A stretch of DNA of 64,000 nucleotides from contig JAZPZV010000042.1 of NCBI GenBank assembly GCA_045544855.1, positions 16,399 to 80,398 on the forward strand, read 5' to 3'. Numbering within the stretch: position 1 is the first letter of the stretch; the number at the start of each line of letters is the position of its first letter. Shown here in pieces: positions 1 to 9,330 of this stretch. Below the pieces are notes generated by a model. It saw only the letters and a list, made by a program, of their open reading frames with translations, did not search any database and had not been told where the DNA came from. This DNA is from Eubacteriales bacterium (GTDB lineage Bacteria > Bacillota > Clostridia > Oscillospirales > CAG-382). The position numbers and the translations under genes were made by a program.

Positions 1-1
1 T

Positions 2-175
2 CTGCTTTCCGGAAGCGGTCTGGAGCTTTGCACCGACGACGTAAAGGTTCGCGTGGACGCCGCACACAGCGATCTGGTGGAGACCCGCCTTTTGGACGGC
101 AAGCCCTGCATCATCATCCATGCAGAGGGCAACCTCACCGTCAATGGCATCTCCGTAAAGATCCGCAAGCAGTAA
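2..175 (+). CDS. C-terminal end of an upstream gene, product unknown (5' end off-window)
   Basis: Frame 2 is open from the window edge to TAA 173-175 (..VKVRVDAAHSDLVETRLLDGKPCIIIHAEGNLTVNGISVKIRKQ*). No motif recognised. Confidence 0.4.
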   Translation: MLSGSGLELCTDDVKVRVDAAHSDLVETRLLDGKPCIIIHAEGNLTVNGISVKIRKQ

Positions 176-208
176 AAAAAGAATTTACATAAACGAAAGG
201 GACACGTT

Positions 209-3200
209 ATGAAAAAATGGATCGCCTGGTTGCTCCTGGCAAGCACGCTGCTTTTGGCGGCTTGCGAGACCAACCCCGAAACCACCTCCGGTGACGCCTC
301 TTCCGTCACGGAACAGGAATCCTCCGAAGGAACTTCATCCGATTTGCCTATGGATAACGTAAAACACACCCTCGTCAGTGTGGGCAAGACCTACACCACC
401 TCCGCTAAGCCCGCCTCCGGGTACGAGGATCTCTTCGGTCAGCAGTTGACCGACGGCCAAAAGGCTTACGACACCGCGGTGCATTATACCGACGTGCGCT
501 TGGTAGGCTTTAGCGACGATGCCCGTATCGACATCGATCTGGGGGAGGACGGCAAGGCCTTGACCTCCGCTTCCGTCCGTGTTATCGACATCAACACCGA
601 CGGCGTCAAGCTGGCAACCCGCGTCCGCTTCTACGGCAGTAACTCCGCAGACAGCGGCTGGAAGTCTCTGGGCAAGGCAAACTTCGTTGCCACCGGAGAC
701 AGAACCATGTCCACCGCCACCGTAGAGTTTGAAGAACCCGTGGACTACCGCTACATCCGTGCCTCCGTCACCAGAGGCAGCGGCGCTCACTTCTTCTTTG
801 TAGACGAGGTGGAGGTCTTTGCCAACGTGGATGCCCCCGAAGAGGTGAACGTGGGCGACGTTGTTTACGACAGCGAAGACATCGACCGCGGTGCATGGAC
901 TTCCCTTTCCACCGGCGTGACCGCCGCACCCGTTGACAGCACCAACGTAGCCAAGGGCGTTGCATACACCTTCAACGGCTGCGTATTCGATCAGCGCGCT
1001 CCCGAAAGCAAGACTCTGCTCACCGATGGCGACCGTACCACCCGCCGCTTTGGGGACAAGGTCTGGGTGGGCTTCAAGGCGGAAGGCTCCCCTTCTATCT
1101 CCATGAGCCTTTCCAAGAGCTACGACAATCTTTACGGCTTCCGCTTCCATATGCTGGGCGCAGGGCTTGACGTTACCTATCCCGGTGCCATCGACGTTTA
1201 CGGCGGCCCGGACAAGAACAATCTGGTGCTTCTGGGCAGGATCTACGCCCCCTGCGACGTGGACAACCAGGCCTACACCCTGCTCATGCCCGAATATATC
1301 AACGCCAAGGTGTTCCGCTTTGACTTCGTAGGCGGAGCCGAGGGTCAGTACCTGTGGATCGAGGAGATCGAGATCCTGGCAGGTCACGGCACCGTGCAGG
1401 CAGAGGAGCATTTCCCGGAGCTGAACTTCCCCATCGTCACCGAGGACGAATACTGGGATGCCTCCGCCGCCGATTACACCACCTATCAGAACCTGCTGTC
1501 GGGGCTGGGTCAGCAGATCGCCGCCTCCGACTACGTTTCCTCCGTGAATCCCCACCTGTCTCACCCCTTGACTCCCTACGACACCAAGCTACTCACCGAC
1601 GGCGAGCACGGTAACCCGCAATCCTGTTACAGCGCGGGCTGGTTCTTCTTCCACGGCGGCAACGCTTTGGATTTCTTCTACGACCTGGGCAAGGTCTCCT
1701 CCGTGGATAAAGTTACCATCAGCCTTCTGGAGTACGGCTCCTGGGGCATTCAGCGTCCCAAGTTCCACTCCGTCTTCCTTTCCGACGACGGCGAGACCTG
1801 GTACAAGGTAGCGGACTATCAGCGTCCCTCCAACCAGAAGTTCGAGGAAGCCAACAACGTACAGTTTGAATATCAGCTGGATAAGGCTTACGCCGCACGG
1901 TTCGTCCGCTTCCGCATCGAATGCCAGGGCTTCCTGTTCGTAGATGAGTTTGAGGCTTACGGCACCAAGGAAGTGAAGGAGGGCACCACCCGTCTGGAAG
2001 ACACCGATCTTCGTGTTTCCGTGTTCTACACCAACCCCTCCCGCGCCCAGTTCGCCACCGCCGAGAACACCGGCGTTCACGCCGAGGAGATCGCTCTGCT
2101 GTGGGGCGGCAACGAGGGCTCTGACAATATGCTCATGGGCTTTGCCGCTTATCTGGATGAAAACGGCAACATCAAGGACACCATGATGGACGGTTTCATG
2201 TACTTCCCGGACTATCATCTGCCCACCGGCGCATTGGGTTACCAGGCCAGCGGTAAGGCAGACTGGGACTATATGTTTGACACCACCTTCGACGGCAAAA
2301 ACGGCCTTGAGAAGCTGGAGGAAGTTGTGGGCGAGATCAAATCCACACTGAACATTCCCGATTACAAGGTCTACGTTTACTTCCCCCTGCTGCGTCTTTG
2401 CGACGTTCCCGGAAGCGGTCTTGACCCCAAGAACAACGTGAAGAACTTCGGCGACGTGGACGGGGACGGTGTCACCGAGGATACCTCCAAGTCCGAGGAC
2501 CGTGTGAAGATCTTTCGCTGGTTCGTGGAGAAAGTCACCGCCGAGTTTGCCGCAAGAGGCTACGAGCATTTGGTATTGGACGGCTTCTGCTGGGTCAACG
2601 AGGACGTTGGCTATGAAATTGACGACTCCCACATCATCACCGAAGCGGGCGACGTTTGCAAGGAAGCGGGGCAGAACATGCTGTGGATCCCCTACTACAC
2701 CGCAAACCGTTACTTCTTAGGTCACGAGATGGGGGTTGGCGTCACCAATATGCAGCCCAACTATATGTTCGACCTTGAGCAGTCCACCTCCCGTCTGGAG
2801 GTAGTCGCCACCCGTCTGAAGTGGATGAAGATGTGCGTGGAGATCGAGCACAACTTCGAGGCCTTTGCAGACCCGCTGTTCTTGCGCAACTACATGATGT
2901 ATCTGTACTACGGCGCACTTTCCGGGTACATGGATTCTATCCACATCTACTACGACAACACCGAGAACATCTCCCTCATGGCTTACAGCAAGGATCCCAT
3001 GATCCGCTTCCAGTACGAGGCCACCTATCACTTCATCAAGAACGATCTGGACATCTATCCCGACGCCCGTGACGTATTGAAGTTTACCACCAAGAAGGAC
3101 ACCGTTCTGGAGGGCACTCTGAACGTGGACAACTCCTTCTCCCTGTACACCCTCACCGGCGGAACCGCCAACGGGTCTGTGACCCTCTCCACCGACGGCT

Positions 3201-3313
3201 CCTTCCGTTACTACCCCGCACCCGGCTTCACCGGCAAGGACACCTTTACCTACACCTACAACAACTACCTGGGTGAGTCCGAGACCTGCACCGTGGAGAT
3301 CACGGTAGAATAA
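209..3313 (+). CDS. Surface lipoprotein: several discoidin (F5/8 type C, CBM32-like) domains + DUF4855-like domain + C-terminal Ig-like domain
   Basis: Lipobox signal peptide MKKWIAWLLLASTLLLAAC. Repeated ~130-aa segments end FVDEVEVFA / LWIEEIEILA / LFVDEFEAYG. The C-terminal half shares the blocks LDGFCWVNE, WIPYYTA, QPNYMF and CVEIE with the paralog at 16558-19173. The tail GKDTFTYTY..CTVEITV looks Ig-like. The DUF4855 name is from memory. Confidence 0.85.
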   Translation: MKKWIAWLLLASTLLLAACETNPETTSGDASSVTEQESSEGTSSDLPMDNVKHTLVSVGKTYTTSAKPASGYEDLFGQQLTDGQKAYDTAVHYTDVRLVGFSDDARIDIDLGEDGKALTSASVRVIDINTDGVKLATRVRFYGSNSADSGWKSLGKANFVATGDRTMSTATVEFEEPVDYRYIRASVTRGSGAHFFFVDEVEVFANVDAPEEVNVGDVVYDSEDIDRGAWTSLSTGVTAAPVDSTNVAKGVAYTFNGCVFDQRAPESKTLLTDGDRTTRRFGDKVWVGFKAEGSPSISMSLSKSYDNLYGFRFHMLGAGLDVTYPGAIDVYGGPDKNNLVLLGRIYAPCDVDNQAYTLLMPEYINAKVFRFDFVGGAEGQYLWIEEIEILAGHGTVQAEEHFPELNFPIVTEDEYWDASAADYTTYQNLLSGLGQQIAASDYVSSVNPHLSHPLTPYDTKLLTDGEHGNPQSCYSAGWFFFHGGNALDFFYDLGKVSSVDKVTISLLEYGSWGIQRPKFHSVFLSDDGETWYKVADYQRPSNQKFEEANNVQFEYQLDKAYAARFVRFRIECQGFLFVDEFEAYGTKEVKEGTTRLEDTDLRVSVFYTNPSRAQFATAENTGVHAEEIALLWGGNEGSDNMLMGFAAYLDENGNIKDTMMDGFMYFPDYHLPTGALGYQASGKADWDYMFDTTFDGKNGLEKLEEVVGEIKSTLNIPDYKVYVYFPLLRLCDVPGSGLDPKNNVKNFGDVDGDGVTEDTSKSEDRVKIFRWFVEKVTAEFAARGYEHLVLDGFCWVNEDVGYEIDDSHIITEAGDVCKEAGQNMLWIPYYTANRYFLGHEMGVGVTNMQPNYMFDLEQSTSRLEVVATRLKWMKMCVEIEHNFEAFADPLFLRNYMMYLYYGALSGYMDSIHIYYDNTENISLMAYSKDPMIRFQYEATYHFIKNDLDIYPDARDVLKFTTKKDTVLEGTLNVDNSFSLYTLTGGTANGSVTLSTDGSFRYYPAPGFTGKDTFTYTYNNYLGESETCTVEITVE

Positions 3314-3328
3314 GAAAACGTTTATGTC

Positions 3329-3460
3329 AAGGGCCTTTCTTTGGAAAAAGAAAGGTCCTTGATAATCCCCAAAGAAACCGAATGCCGAAAACTGTCGTTT
3401 TCGGGGGAAGATGATATAGCATGCGGGATTCTTAAGGGACGCAGTTCCTTAAGCGGAGAT
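3329..3460. repeat. Intergenic repeat family, copy 1 (hairpin AAGGGCCTTTCTT..AAGAAAGGTCCTT, core AATGCCGAAAACTGTCGTTTTCGG at 3381-3404, CTTAAG-rich tail)
   Basis: Aligns by eye with 15105-15290. The core recurs at 15173-15196, 26370-26396, 26423-26446 (inverted) and 41566-41588. Confidence 0.7.
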
Positions 3461-3461
3461 C

Positions 3462-3489
3462 ATAAGAGGCGGCGCCTCTTATTTTTTTA
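3462..3489 (+). terminator. Rho-independent terminator candidate for 209-3313
   Basis: Hairpin AAGAGGC-GGC-GCCTCTT followed by a T7 run. Confidence 0.6.
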
Positions 3490-3577
3490 TTTAAAAAAAT
3501 GTTCCAATCATATTTTGCAGCACCTTTGCAAACAATACTCCTGCGGCAAAAATCGCAAACAGGGAAAGGAAACAGAC

Positions 3578-4582
3578 ATGATCAAACGTGTGTGCAGACC
3601 GATCTTGATTTTTTTGCTCGCAAGTATCCTATTCTTATACGGAGGCATTTCCGCCACAGCGGAAAGCCGGGTAAAAGAGGTGATCCCCGGAGGAATGGCC
3701 TTCGGGGTGAAGTATTATGCAGAGGGTGCCATCGTGATCGGTGTTTGTGACGTAGAAACCGCACAAGGGCTGGCCTCTCCCGCAGAAAGCGCAGGCTTGA
3801 TGAAGGGCGACGTCATCATCGGCGCAGGCGGGAGCAAGGTGGAAACGCTGGAGACTCTGCTGGAGACGGTAAAGGGATGCGGCGGCAGGAAGCTTGAGAT
3901 CGAATATCAACGAGAGGGAAAAACAAGCAAGGTCACCCTCACCCCGGTGAAGGATAAGACCACCGGGGAATACCGCATGGGCGTGTGGGTGCGGGACAGC
4001 ACCGCAGGCATCGGTACCGTCACCTATATTGATAAGGAGACCAAGGCCTTTGGCGGCTTGGGCCACGGGATCAACGACGCCACCACGGGGATCTTAATGC
4101 CCTTCGGCAAGGGGGTCGTGGTGGACGTGACCATCAAGGGCGTGGTGAAGGGGCTGAAAAGCGTCCCCGGGGAACTCAAGGGGGAGCTTGGGAAGACGGA
4201 AAAGGGCATCCTCACCGGCAACACCCAGGCAGGTGTGTTCGGGATCTTTCACAGATTGCCCGAACAGCTTGCCTCCCCCATCCCCATCGGGAAGGCGGTG
4301 GCGGGAAAAGCCACCGTGCGCTCTTGCGTCAGCGGTGAGGTCAGGGATTACGAAATTGAGATCAGCGAGATCTACAAAAACAGCGGACAGACGAAAAACT
4401 TCCTCATCCGCGTCACCGACGAAAAGCTCCTTGCCATCACCGGCGGCATCGTCCAGGGCATGAGCGGCTCCCCCATTATCCAGAACGGCCACCTGGTAGG
4501 TGCCGTCACCCACGTGCTGGTGAACGACCCCACCAAGGGCTACGGGATCTTCATTGAGAATATGCTGGAAGCAATGGGGTAA
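3578..4582 (+). CDS. spoIVB: SpoIVB peptidase (S55, stage IV sporulation signalling protease)
   Basis: RBS AGGGAAAGGA lies before ATG 3578. N-terminal TM segment MIKRVCRPILIFLLASILFLYGG, a PDZ-like region, GIGTVTYIDKETKAFGGLGHGI, and catalytic Ser in GMSGSPIIQNGHLVGAVTHV. The 5' extension in the ORF track (3341) overlaps the repeat and terminator and is rejected. Confidence 0.9.
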   Translation: MIKRVCRPILIFLLASILFLYGGISATAESRVKEVIPGGMAFGVKYYAEGAIVIGVCDVETAQGLASPAESAGLMKGDVIIGAGGSKVETLETLLETVKGCGGRKLEIEYQREGKTSKVTLTPVKDKTTGEYRMGVWVRDSTAGIGTVTYIDKETKAFGGLGHGINDATTGILMPFGKGVVVDVTIKGVVKGLKSVPGELKGELGKTEKGILTGNTQAGVFGIFHRLPEQLASPIPIGKAVAGKATVRSCVSGEVRDYEIEISEIYKNSGQTKNFLIRVTDEKLLAITGGIVQGMSGSPIIQNGHLVGAVTHVLVNDPTKGYGIFIENMLEAMG

Positions 4583-4587
4583 AAAAA

Positions 4588-4625
4588 GCGGTATCGTACC
4601 CAAAGAGGAACGATACCGTTTTTTC
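4588..4625 (+). terminator. Rho-independent terminator after spoIVB
   Basis: GCGGTATCGT..ACGATACCG stem followed by a T run. Confidence 0.7.
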
Positions 4626-4697
4626 TTCTTGACATTTAGGGAACAATATGGTATATTTATATCACAAAAATTCCCCAAGTCGAAAGGAAGGTGCTTT

Positions 4698-5639
4698 ATG
4701 GCTTTTACGGAGATCGACGAGTTGTTGCGGCAAAGAGCCGATCTGAACGCCAGGTTGAATCTGCTCCCCTACGAAGGAACTCCCGAGGTAAAGGAGAATT
4801 CTGGGGGGAAATATCTATACGTCCGCAAGCGGGAGGCAGGCAAGCTGAAAAGTGCCTACGTAGGTATTTATTCCGATCAGCTGTACCAATCGTTACTGCG
4901 CTACGGGAAAGAAGCCCGGGAATTACGCAAGCAGATCCGCAAGGTGGAAAAAGAGCTGGCTCTGCTGGGATACGAGGATGGAGAGCTATCTCCGGAGATT
5001 TCTCTGAACCTGGATTTTGCCCGTGCCAACATGAAGGCAAATATCTACGACCAGGCGGTGTTGGAAGGGGTCGCCACCACCTTCCCCCAAACGGAGGACA
5101 TCATCGACGGCGGGATCGTCAACGGCGTTACCTCCACAGACGTGCAGAAGATCTTGAATCTGAAGCACGCCTGGGAATTCATTTTAGATAAGGACGTTTT
5201 GCGTGCCGACTCCGACTTTTACGTTCTTTCACATATTGCCCGTCTTGTCAACGAGGGCTTCTACCGCGAAGGCGGCAGATTGAGAAGTGTGCCTGTCAAG
5301 ATCGGCGGAACGGAGTATACGCCGCCCCTTCCCATTGAAGTTGACGTCAAAGAGACACTTACAAAGCTTCTTTCCGGAGAAGGAACTCCCGAGGAGATCG
5401 CCATCTCTCTGTGCCTGTACTGCATGAAAGCCCAGCTTTTCAACGACGGTAACAAGCGTACAGCCGTGATCTTTGCCAATCACTACCTCATCGGCCATGG
5501 GGGCGGACTTCTGGTCATTCCCGAAAAGAACGTTTCGGAATTCAAAAAGCTTTTGGTTCGTTATTATGAGGATGAGGATCGCGGGGAAATCGTTACGTTT
5601 ATGAAGGACTGTTGCATCAGACGATGGAGGAACACTTAA
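4698..5639 (+). CDS. Fic/DOC-family protein with a degenerate active-site motif
   Basis: RBS GAAAGGAAGG before ATG 4698. The C-terminal core QLFNDGNKRTAVIFANHYL aligns to the Fic motif HPFxDGNGRxxR, but Gln replaces the catalytic His. Confidence 0.75.
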   Translation: MAFTEIDELLRQRADLNARLNLLPYEGTPEVKENSGGKYLYVRKREAGKLKSAYVGIYSDQLYQSLLRYGKEARELRKQIRKVEKELALLGYEDGELSPEISLNLDFARANMKANIYDQAVLEGVATTFPQTEDIIDGGIVNGVTSTDVQKILNLKHAWEFILDKDVLRADSDFYVLSHIARLVNEGFYREGGRLRSVPVKIGGTEYTPPLPIEVDVKETLTKLLSGEGTPEEIAISLCLYCMKAQLFNDGNKRTAVIFANHYLIGHGGGLLVIPEKNVSEFKKLLVRYYEDEDRGEIVTFMKDCCIRRWRNT

Positions 5640-5641
5640 AC

Positions 5642-6544
5642 ATGAGCCAATCCTATGTCAACCTGCCCAAATTGAAAAAAGGTGATACCATCGGGATCAT
5701 TTCCCCCAGTCACGTAGCCACCCGAGAACGGTACGAGGAAGCGATTCGCCAATTGGAAGCCTTAGGGTTTCGTGTAAAAACAGCAAAAAACCTATATAAA
5801 GACACCTATGGATACGTCGCGGGAGACCGGGAGCGTGCCGACGATCTGAACGAACTTGTAAGTGATCCCGAAGTAAAACTGATCTTCTTTGGCGGCGGTT
5901 ACGGAAGCGTGGATCTGCTACCATTGATCGATTACGAAAACATCCGCAAGCATCCTAAATGCTTTTTAAGCTATAGCGATGGCACCTCTATTCTCAACGC
6001 CATATACACCCGCACGGGAATCGTAACGTATTACGGTCAAACTCCGGGAGACTACTGCGCTCCTGCTCCATATACGCTTGACCAATTCAAAAGAGTCTTT
6101 TTGGAAGAATCCACCGGTGCATTTCTTCCCAATAGCGACTGGCATACTGTTACATCCGGGAGCAGCGAGGGAATTCTCATTGGAGGATATCTGCACAATG
6201 TTGCGTTAGGGCTTGGAAATCCGTTCTTCTCCTACGATTCTGCCCAAAAATATCTGTTGTTTTTGGAAGACCACGAGCGTTTCAGCTCCATCCCCGAGAT
6301 CAACTCCTTGCTTTCCTTTATCGAGCAAAGCAATTTTATGTCTTGCGTGTGCGGATTGATCTTTGGACACTATTCTGAAAGCATCTCACTTCCCTTGCTG
6401 GAACGCTTGAAAAGATTAGGCATGAAACACGGAATTCCCGTGGTCTACACAGACGATTTCGGGCATGGACAGAATCACGCCATTCTGCCCGTGGGATGCA
6501 AAGCTAACCTTGACGCCGATCTCAAAACACTGTTCTTTTATTAA
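5642..6544 (+). CDS. LD-carboxypeptidase / S66 peptidase family (MccF/LdcA-like)
   Basis: GDTIGIISPSH, SYSDGTSILNAIY (nucleophile Ser) and FGHGQNHAILPVG (His) blocks. Starts 2 nt after the fic stop, so probably co-transcribed. Confidence 0.8.
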   Translation: MSQSYVNLPKLKKGDTIGIISPSHVATRERYEEAIRQLEALGFRVKTAKNLYKDTYGYVAGDRERADDLNELVSDPEVKLIFFGGGYGSVDLLPLIDYENIRKHPKCFLSYSDGTSILNAIYTRTGIVTYYGQTPGDYCAPAPYTLDQFKRVFLEESTGAFLPNSDWHTVTSGSSEGILIGGYLHNVALGLGNPFFSYDSAQKYLLFLEDHERFSSIPEINSLLSFIEQSNFMSCVCGLIFGHYSESISLPLLERLKRLGMKHGIPVVYTDDFGHGQNHAILPVGCKANLDADLKTLFFY

Positions 6545-6560
6545 AATTTGCATTTCAAAA

Positions 6561-6602
6561 AGTGCCAAGCCTTTCGATTCAAAAAAGGTTGGCACTTTTT
6601 TT
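6561..6602 (+). terminator. Rho-independent terminator
   Basis: AGTGCCAAGCC..GGTTGGCACT stem followed by a T run. Confidence 0.7.
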
Positions 6603-6683
6603 CGTTTTTAATATTTCAGAAACATTTCCCAAACAAAGCGCAAATATGCCCGCTGTATACTATGCCCGTAAGATGAAGAAACG

Positions 6684-7079
6684 ATGGACGAAAAAATGGA
6701 GCAAAAAACTTTTCAGTACAGCTATTCCGCAAAGGAAGCAAAGGAGATCCGTGAGATCCGGAGCCGTTACCTCCCCACAGAGGAAAACAAGGTGGAGGTA
6801 CTGCGCCGCTTGGACCGCAAGGCACGGGAGGCGGGAAAGCTTTCCGCATTGGTGATCGGCGTGGTGGGCTGTCTGATCTTCGGCGTAGGGATGTGCTTCG
6901 GGCTGAAGGTATTGGGAGACAGCATGGCGGTGGCAGTGGTTCTGGGCATCTTAGGCGCAGGGGTGATGGGGTGTGCCTACCCCGTGTTCCGCTCCCGCTC
7001 CCGCAAGGCGAAGGAACAGCTCACCCCCAAGATCCTGGCGCTGGCAGACGAACTGAGCGAAAACAACAAGTCGGTTTAA
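6684..7079 (+). CDS. Small membrane protein, function unknown
   Basis: 131-aa ORF with a charged N-terminus and two hydrophobic helices (LSALVIGVVGCLIFGVGMCFGL, AVAVVLGILGAGVMGCAYPVF). Has its own terminator. The start could instead be ATG 6696. Confidence 0.6.
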   Translation: MDEKMEQKTFQYSYSAKEAKEIREIRSRYLPTEENKVEVLRRLDRKAREAGKLSALVIGVVGCLIFGVGMCFGLKVLGDSMAVAVVLGILGAGVMGCAYPVFRSRSRKAKEQLTPKILALADELSENNKSV

Positions 7080-7087
7080 AGCCGATT

Positions 7088-7121
7088 CCCCTTCTCTGTT
7101 TTGGAGAAGGGGTTCTTTTTT
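7088..7121 (+). terminator. Rho-independent terminator
   Basis: CCCCTTCTC-N7-GAGAAGGGG followed by TTCTTTTTT. Confidence 0.75.
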
Positions 7122-7241
7122 CAACCTGTGGTAGAATCAAGGCAAGAAAACGCAACAAGAATACTATTGTAAGTTGAATTCTTTTGTGCTATACTGGGGA
7201 CATGAGATAGCTATCCAAATGCAAAGACAAGGAAGAATTTT

Positions 7242-8063
7242 ATGTTTGACCAAAAAGAATTCGGCGCAAAACTGCGCAATCACAGAAAGCGGCTGGGGCT
7301 TACCCAGGAAGAGGTTGCAGAACGCATCGGCGTTTCTCCCCAAGCCATCTCCAAGTGGGAGGCGGGGGACTGCCTGCCCGATTGTATCAACCTGAAGGCC
7401 ATCAGCGACGCATATCATCTTTCCGCAGACGTATTATTGGAGACGGAGTCCGACGGGGACGTCAACGCCGTGGCGGACAGGATCGAACAGCTTGCCACAG
7501 AGTTTACCTGGGCCTCCGCCAACAATGAACGCTACGAACAGAATCTCCGCAAGGAGCTGGGGGAAGATCTTTGGAAGATGTGGAAGGGGGTCTATTTTGC
7601 CGAGGTGGGCAACCGCAAGCTCCAGCAGGAAAGCAAACAGCGGGGCACTCTGCGGATCATCGGCTCCTTTGGCACCAAAGTGTGGGACGACGACGGCATC
7701 GCCTGCGTGGTGCAATCCCGTCTGATTGCGGAAAAAGCTCCCGCCTCCCCTGCCGCGGCGGAGGTGATTCAGGCCCTTTGCACCCCGGAGGGACAGAAGC
7801 TGATCTCCGCCCTGTCCTGCGAATGCCCTACCGCCAAACAAACCATTTTAGAGCAAACGGAGATTCCCCTTCCCCGCCTGAACGAGCTGCTGTTGCTGTT
7901 CACCGAAAACAACGTCGTGGAGCATTATGCTGATCACACGGGAAAGAACGGCTACATGATCGGAGGGCATTGCGGCATTGCGGCGTATATGGTGCTGGGC
8001 GCCATGTATCTGCTGGATAAAAAGCGGAACTACGAGGTCTCCCAGTATTTCGCCTGGGATTGA
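7242..8063 (+). CDS. XRE-family HTH transcriptional regulator with an uncharacterised C-terminal domain
   Basis: N-terminal LRNHRKRLGLTQEEVAERIGVSPQAISKWEAGDCLPD is a classic Cro/C1 HTH. RBS AAGGAAG. Confidence 0.85.
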   Translation: MFDQKEFGAKLRNHRKRLGLTQEEVAERIGVSPQAISKWEAGDCLPDCINLKAISDAYHLSADVLLETESDGDVNAVADRIEQLATEFTWASANNERYEQNLRKELGEDLWKMWKGVYFAEVGNRKLQQESKQRGTLRIIGSFGTKVWDDDGIACVVQSRLIAEKAPASPAAAEVIQALCTPEGQKLISALSCECPTAKQTILEQTEIPLPRLNELLLLFTENNVVEHYADHTGKNGYMIGGHCGIAAYMVLGAMYLLDKKRNYEVSQYFAWD

Positions 8064-8141
8064 TTCTCATCATTGTGCACCCCTGCAGGTTGTCCGCGCG
8101 GAATCGAACAAAACCCAACAAAAACAGCTTGCTGTTTTTGA

Positions 8142-8200
8142 CGTCGGCGGTATGCAATAATGCCCGGTATATGGCCGTCCGCCGACTTGGTCATCCTGAG
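8142..8200 (+). repeat. Hairpin module (GTCGGCGG..CCGCCGAC), left copy of an inverted pair
   Basis: ACGTCGGCGGTAT..GCCGTCCGCCGACTTGGTCA matches the reverse complement of 9107-9158 in both arms. The ~25-nt centres differ. Confidence 0.7.
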
Positions 8201-8260
8201 GGAGCCCGCAGGGCGATTCGAAGTTTTGCGGAAGTAGTCGTCGCAATGCGACGAGGGATG

Positions 8261-8599
8261 GAGCAAAACCGCCGATAGGTGGGATCTACTGAGAGTCTGA
8301 TGTACCTTTTTGTAACGAAAGAACTGTTTTATCACAAAAGATGCAAGTTTGCCATTGTAGGGGTAGATCAGACTTTGAGGAGACCCCTTGCAGTTTTGCT
8401 TTTTAGAAATTGCTGTAAAAGGAACTGCATATCCAAAGACAATGGGCAATTTCAAAAAGCAAAACTTCGACGCGCGCGGAGACGTAGTCGTGTTTGGAGC
8501 CACTGCAGTTCGATTCCGCGCTTGCTCAGGGTGACAAACGGACACAGCGGCTCCGTTCCGCGCGAGCCAGCCCAACGGGCTGGGTTGCTCAGAGGTGAC
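8261..8599 (+). repeat. 339-nt direct repeat, copy 1
   Basis: Aligns end to end with 8769-9107 at an offset of 508 nt, roughly 90% identity by eye. Contains the T-loop-like string GCAGTTCGATTCCGCGCTTGCTCA. Confidence 0.85.
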
Positions 8600-8768
8600 G
8601 ACAAAACCCACCCCAACCGTCATCCTGAGCAAGTGCGGAATGTAGTTGTTATGGCTACAATGGAGATCTTTTTCCGCACGCGTCGAAGTTTTGCGGAGAA
8701 AACAAGGTGCACATAGCGGCATAAAAGTAGTTTGCATTTCGATTTGTATTGGCCGCGATGCACCGTTC

Positions 8769-9107
8769 GGAGCAAACCCGCCGATAGGCGGGATCTCATA
8801 AGAGTCTGATGTTCCTTTCCAAAGGCAAAGAACTGTTTTATCACAAAGGATGTAAGTTTGCCTTTGTAGGGGTAGATCAGACTTCGAGGAGATCCCTTAC
8901 GGTTTTGCTTTTCGAAATTGCTGCAAAAGGAACTGCATATCCAAAGACAATGGGCAATTTCAAAAAGTAAAACTTCGACGCGCGCGGAGACGTAGTCGTG
9001 TTTGGAGCCACTGCAGTTCGATTCCGCGCTTGCTCAGGGTGACAAACGGACACAGCGGCTCCGTTCCGCGCGAGCCAACCCGCAGGGTTGGTATGCTCAG
9101 AGGTGAC
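8769..9107 (+). repeat. 339-nt direct repeat, copy 2
   Basis: See copy 1. The stem CCGCC-GATA-GGTGG in copy 1 becomes CCCGCC-GATA-GGCGGG here. Confidence 0.85.
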
Positions 9108-9158
9108 CAAGTCGGCGGACGGCTTTCGTCCGCACATTGCCGTATACCGCCGACGTGA
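9107..9158 (-). repeat. Hairpin module, right (inverted) copy
   Basis: The reverse complement reads CACGTCGGCGGTAT..GCCGTCCGCCGACTTGGTC, matching 8142-8200. Confidence 0.7.
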
Positions 9159-9301
9159 AAAACGGCTATGGCCGGTTTTGGTGAGCATCGTTTTGTTTCC
9201 GCGCTTGCCAACCCGCAGGGTTGGTATGCTCAGAGATAACGGTTGGGACAGCGCACCTTATTCCTCTCACCCTTCGTGAAAAATTCTCTCTGTATGCGTT
9301 A

Positions 9302-9330
9302 TTGCTTTTTGGTTTTCTCCGTGGTACAAT
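9302..9330 (+). promoter_or_regulatory. Sigma-A-type promoter candidate for the second XRE gene
   Basis: TTGCTT-17 nt-TACAAT with an extended -10 TG (gTGgTACAAT). Confidence 0.5.

Noticed and set aside
3341-3577. N-terminal extension of SpoIVB in the ORF track (TTG at 3341)
   Set aside because: The extension covers an intergenic repeat and a terminator hairpin. An ATG with a good RBS at 3578 gives the canonical SpoIVB N-terminal TM segment.
8494-8529. Possible tRNA gene suggested by GCAGTTCGATTCCGCGCTTGCTCA (also at 9003-9038 and inverted at 8094-8108)
   Set aside because: Only a T-loop and 3' acceptor-like string is present. The T stem has mismatches. No complementary 5' acceptor strand, D arm or anticodon arm can be drawn in the preceding 60 nt. 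It is kept only as an observation inside the repeat finding.
8030-8737. 235-aa (minus) and 145-aa (plus, 8279-8716) ORFs covering the repeat region between the XRE genes
   Set aside because: They lie on both strands over the same repeats. They have no RBS or sensible start context, and their translations are low-complexity R/S/C-rich strings with no motif. The frames are not conserved between the two 339-nt repeat copies.
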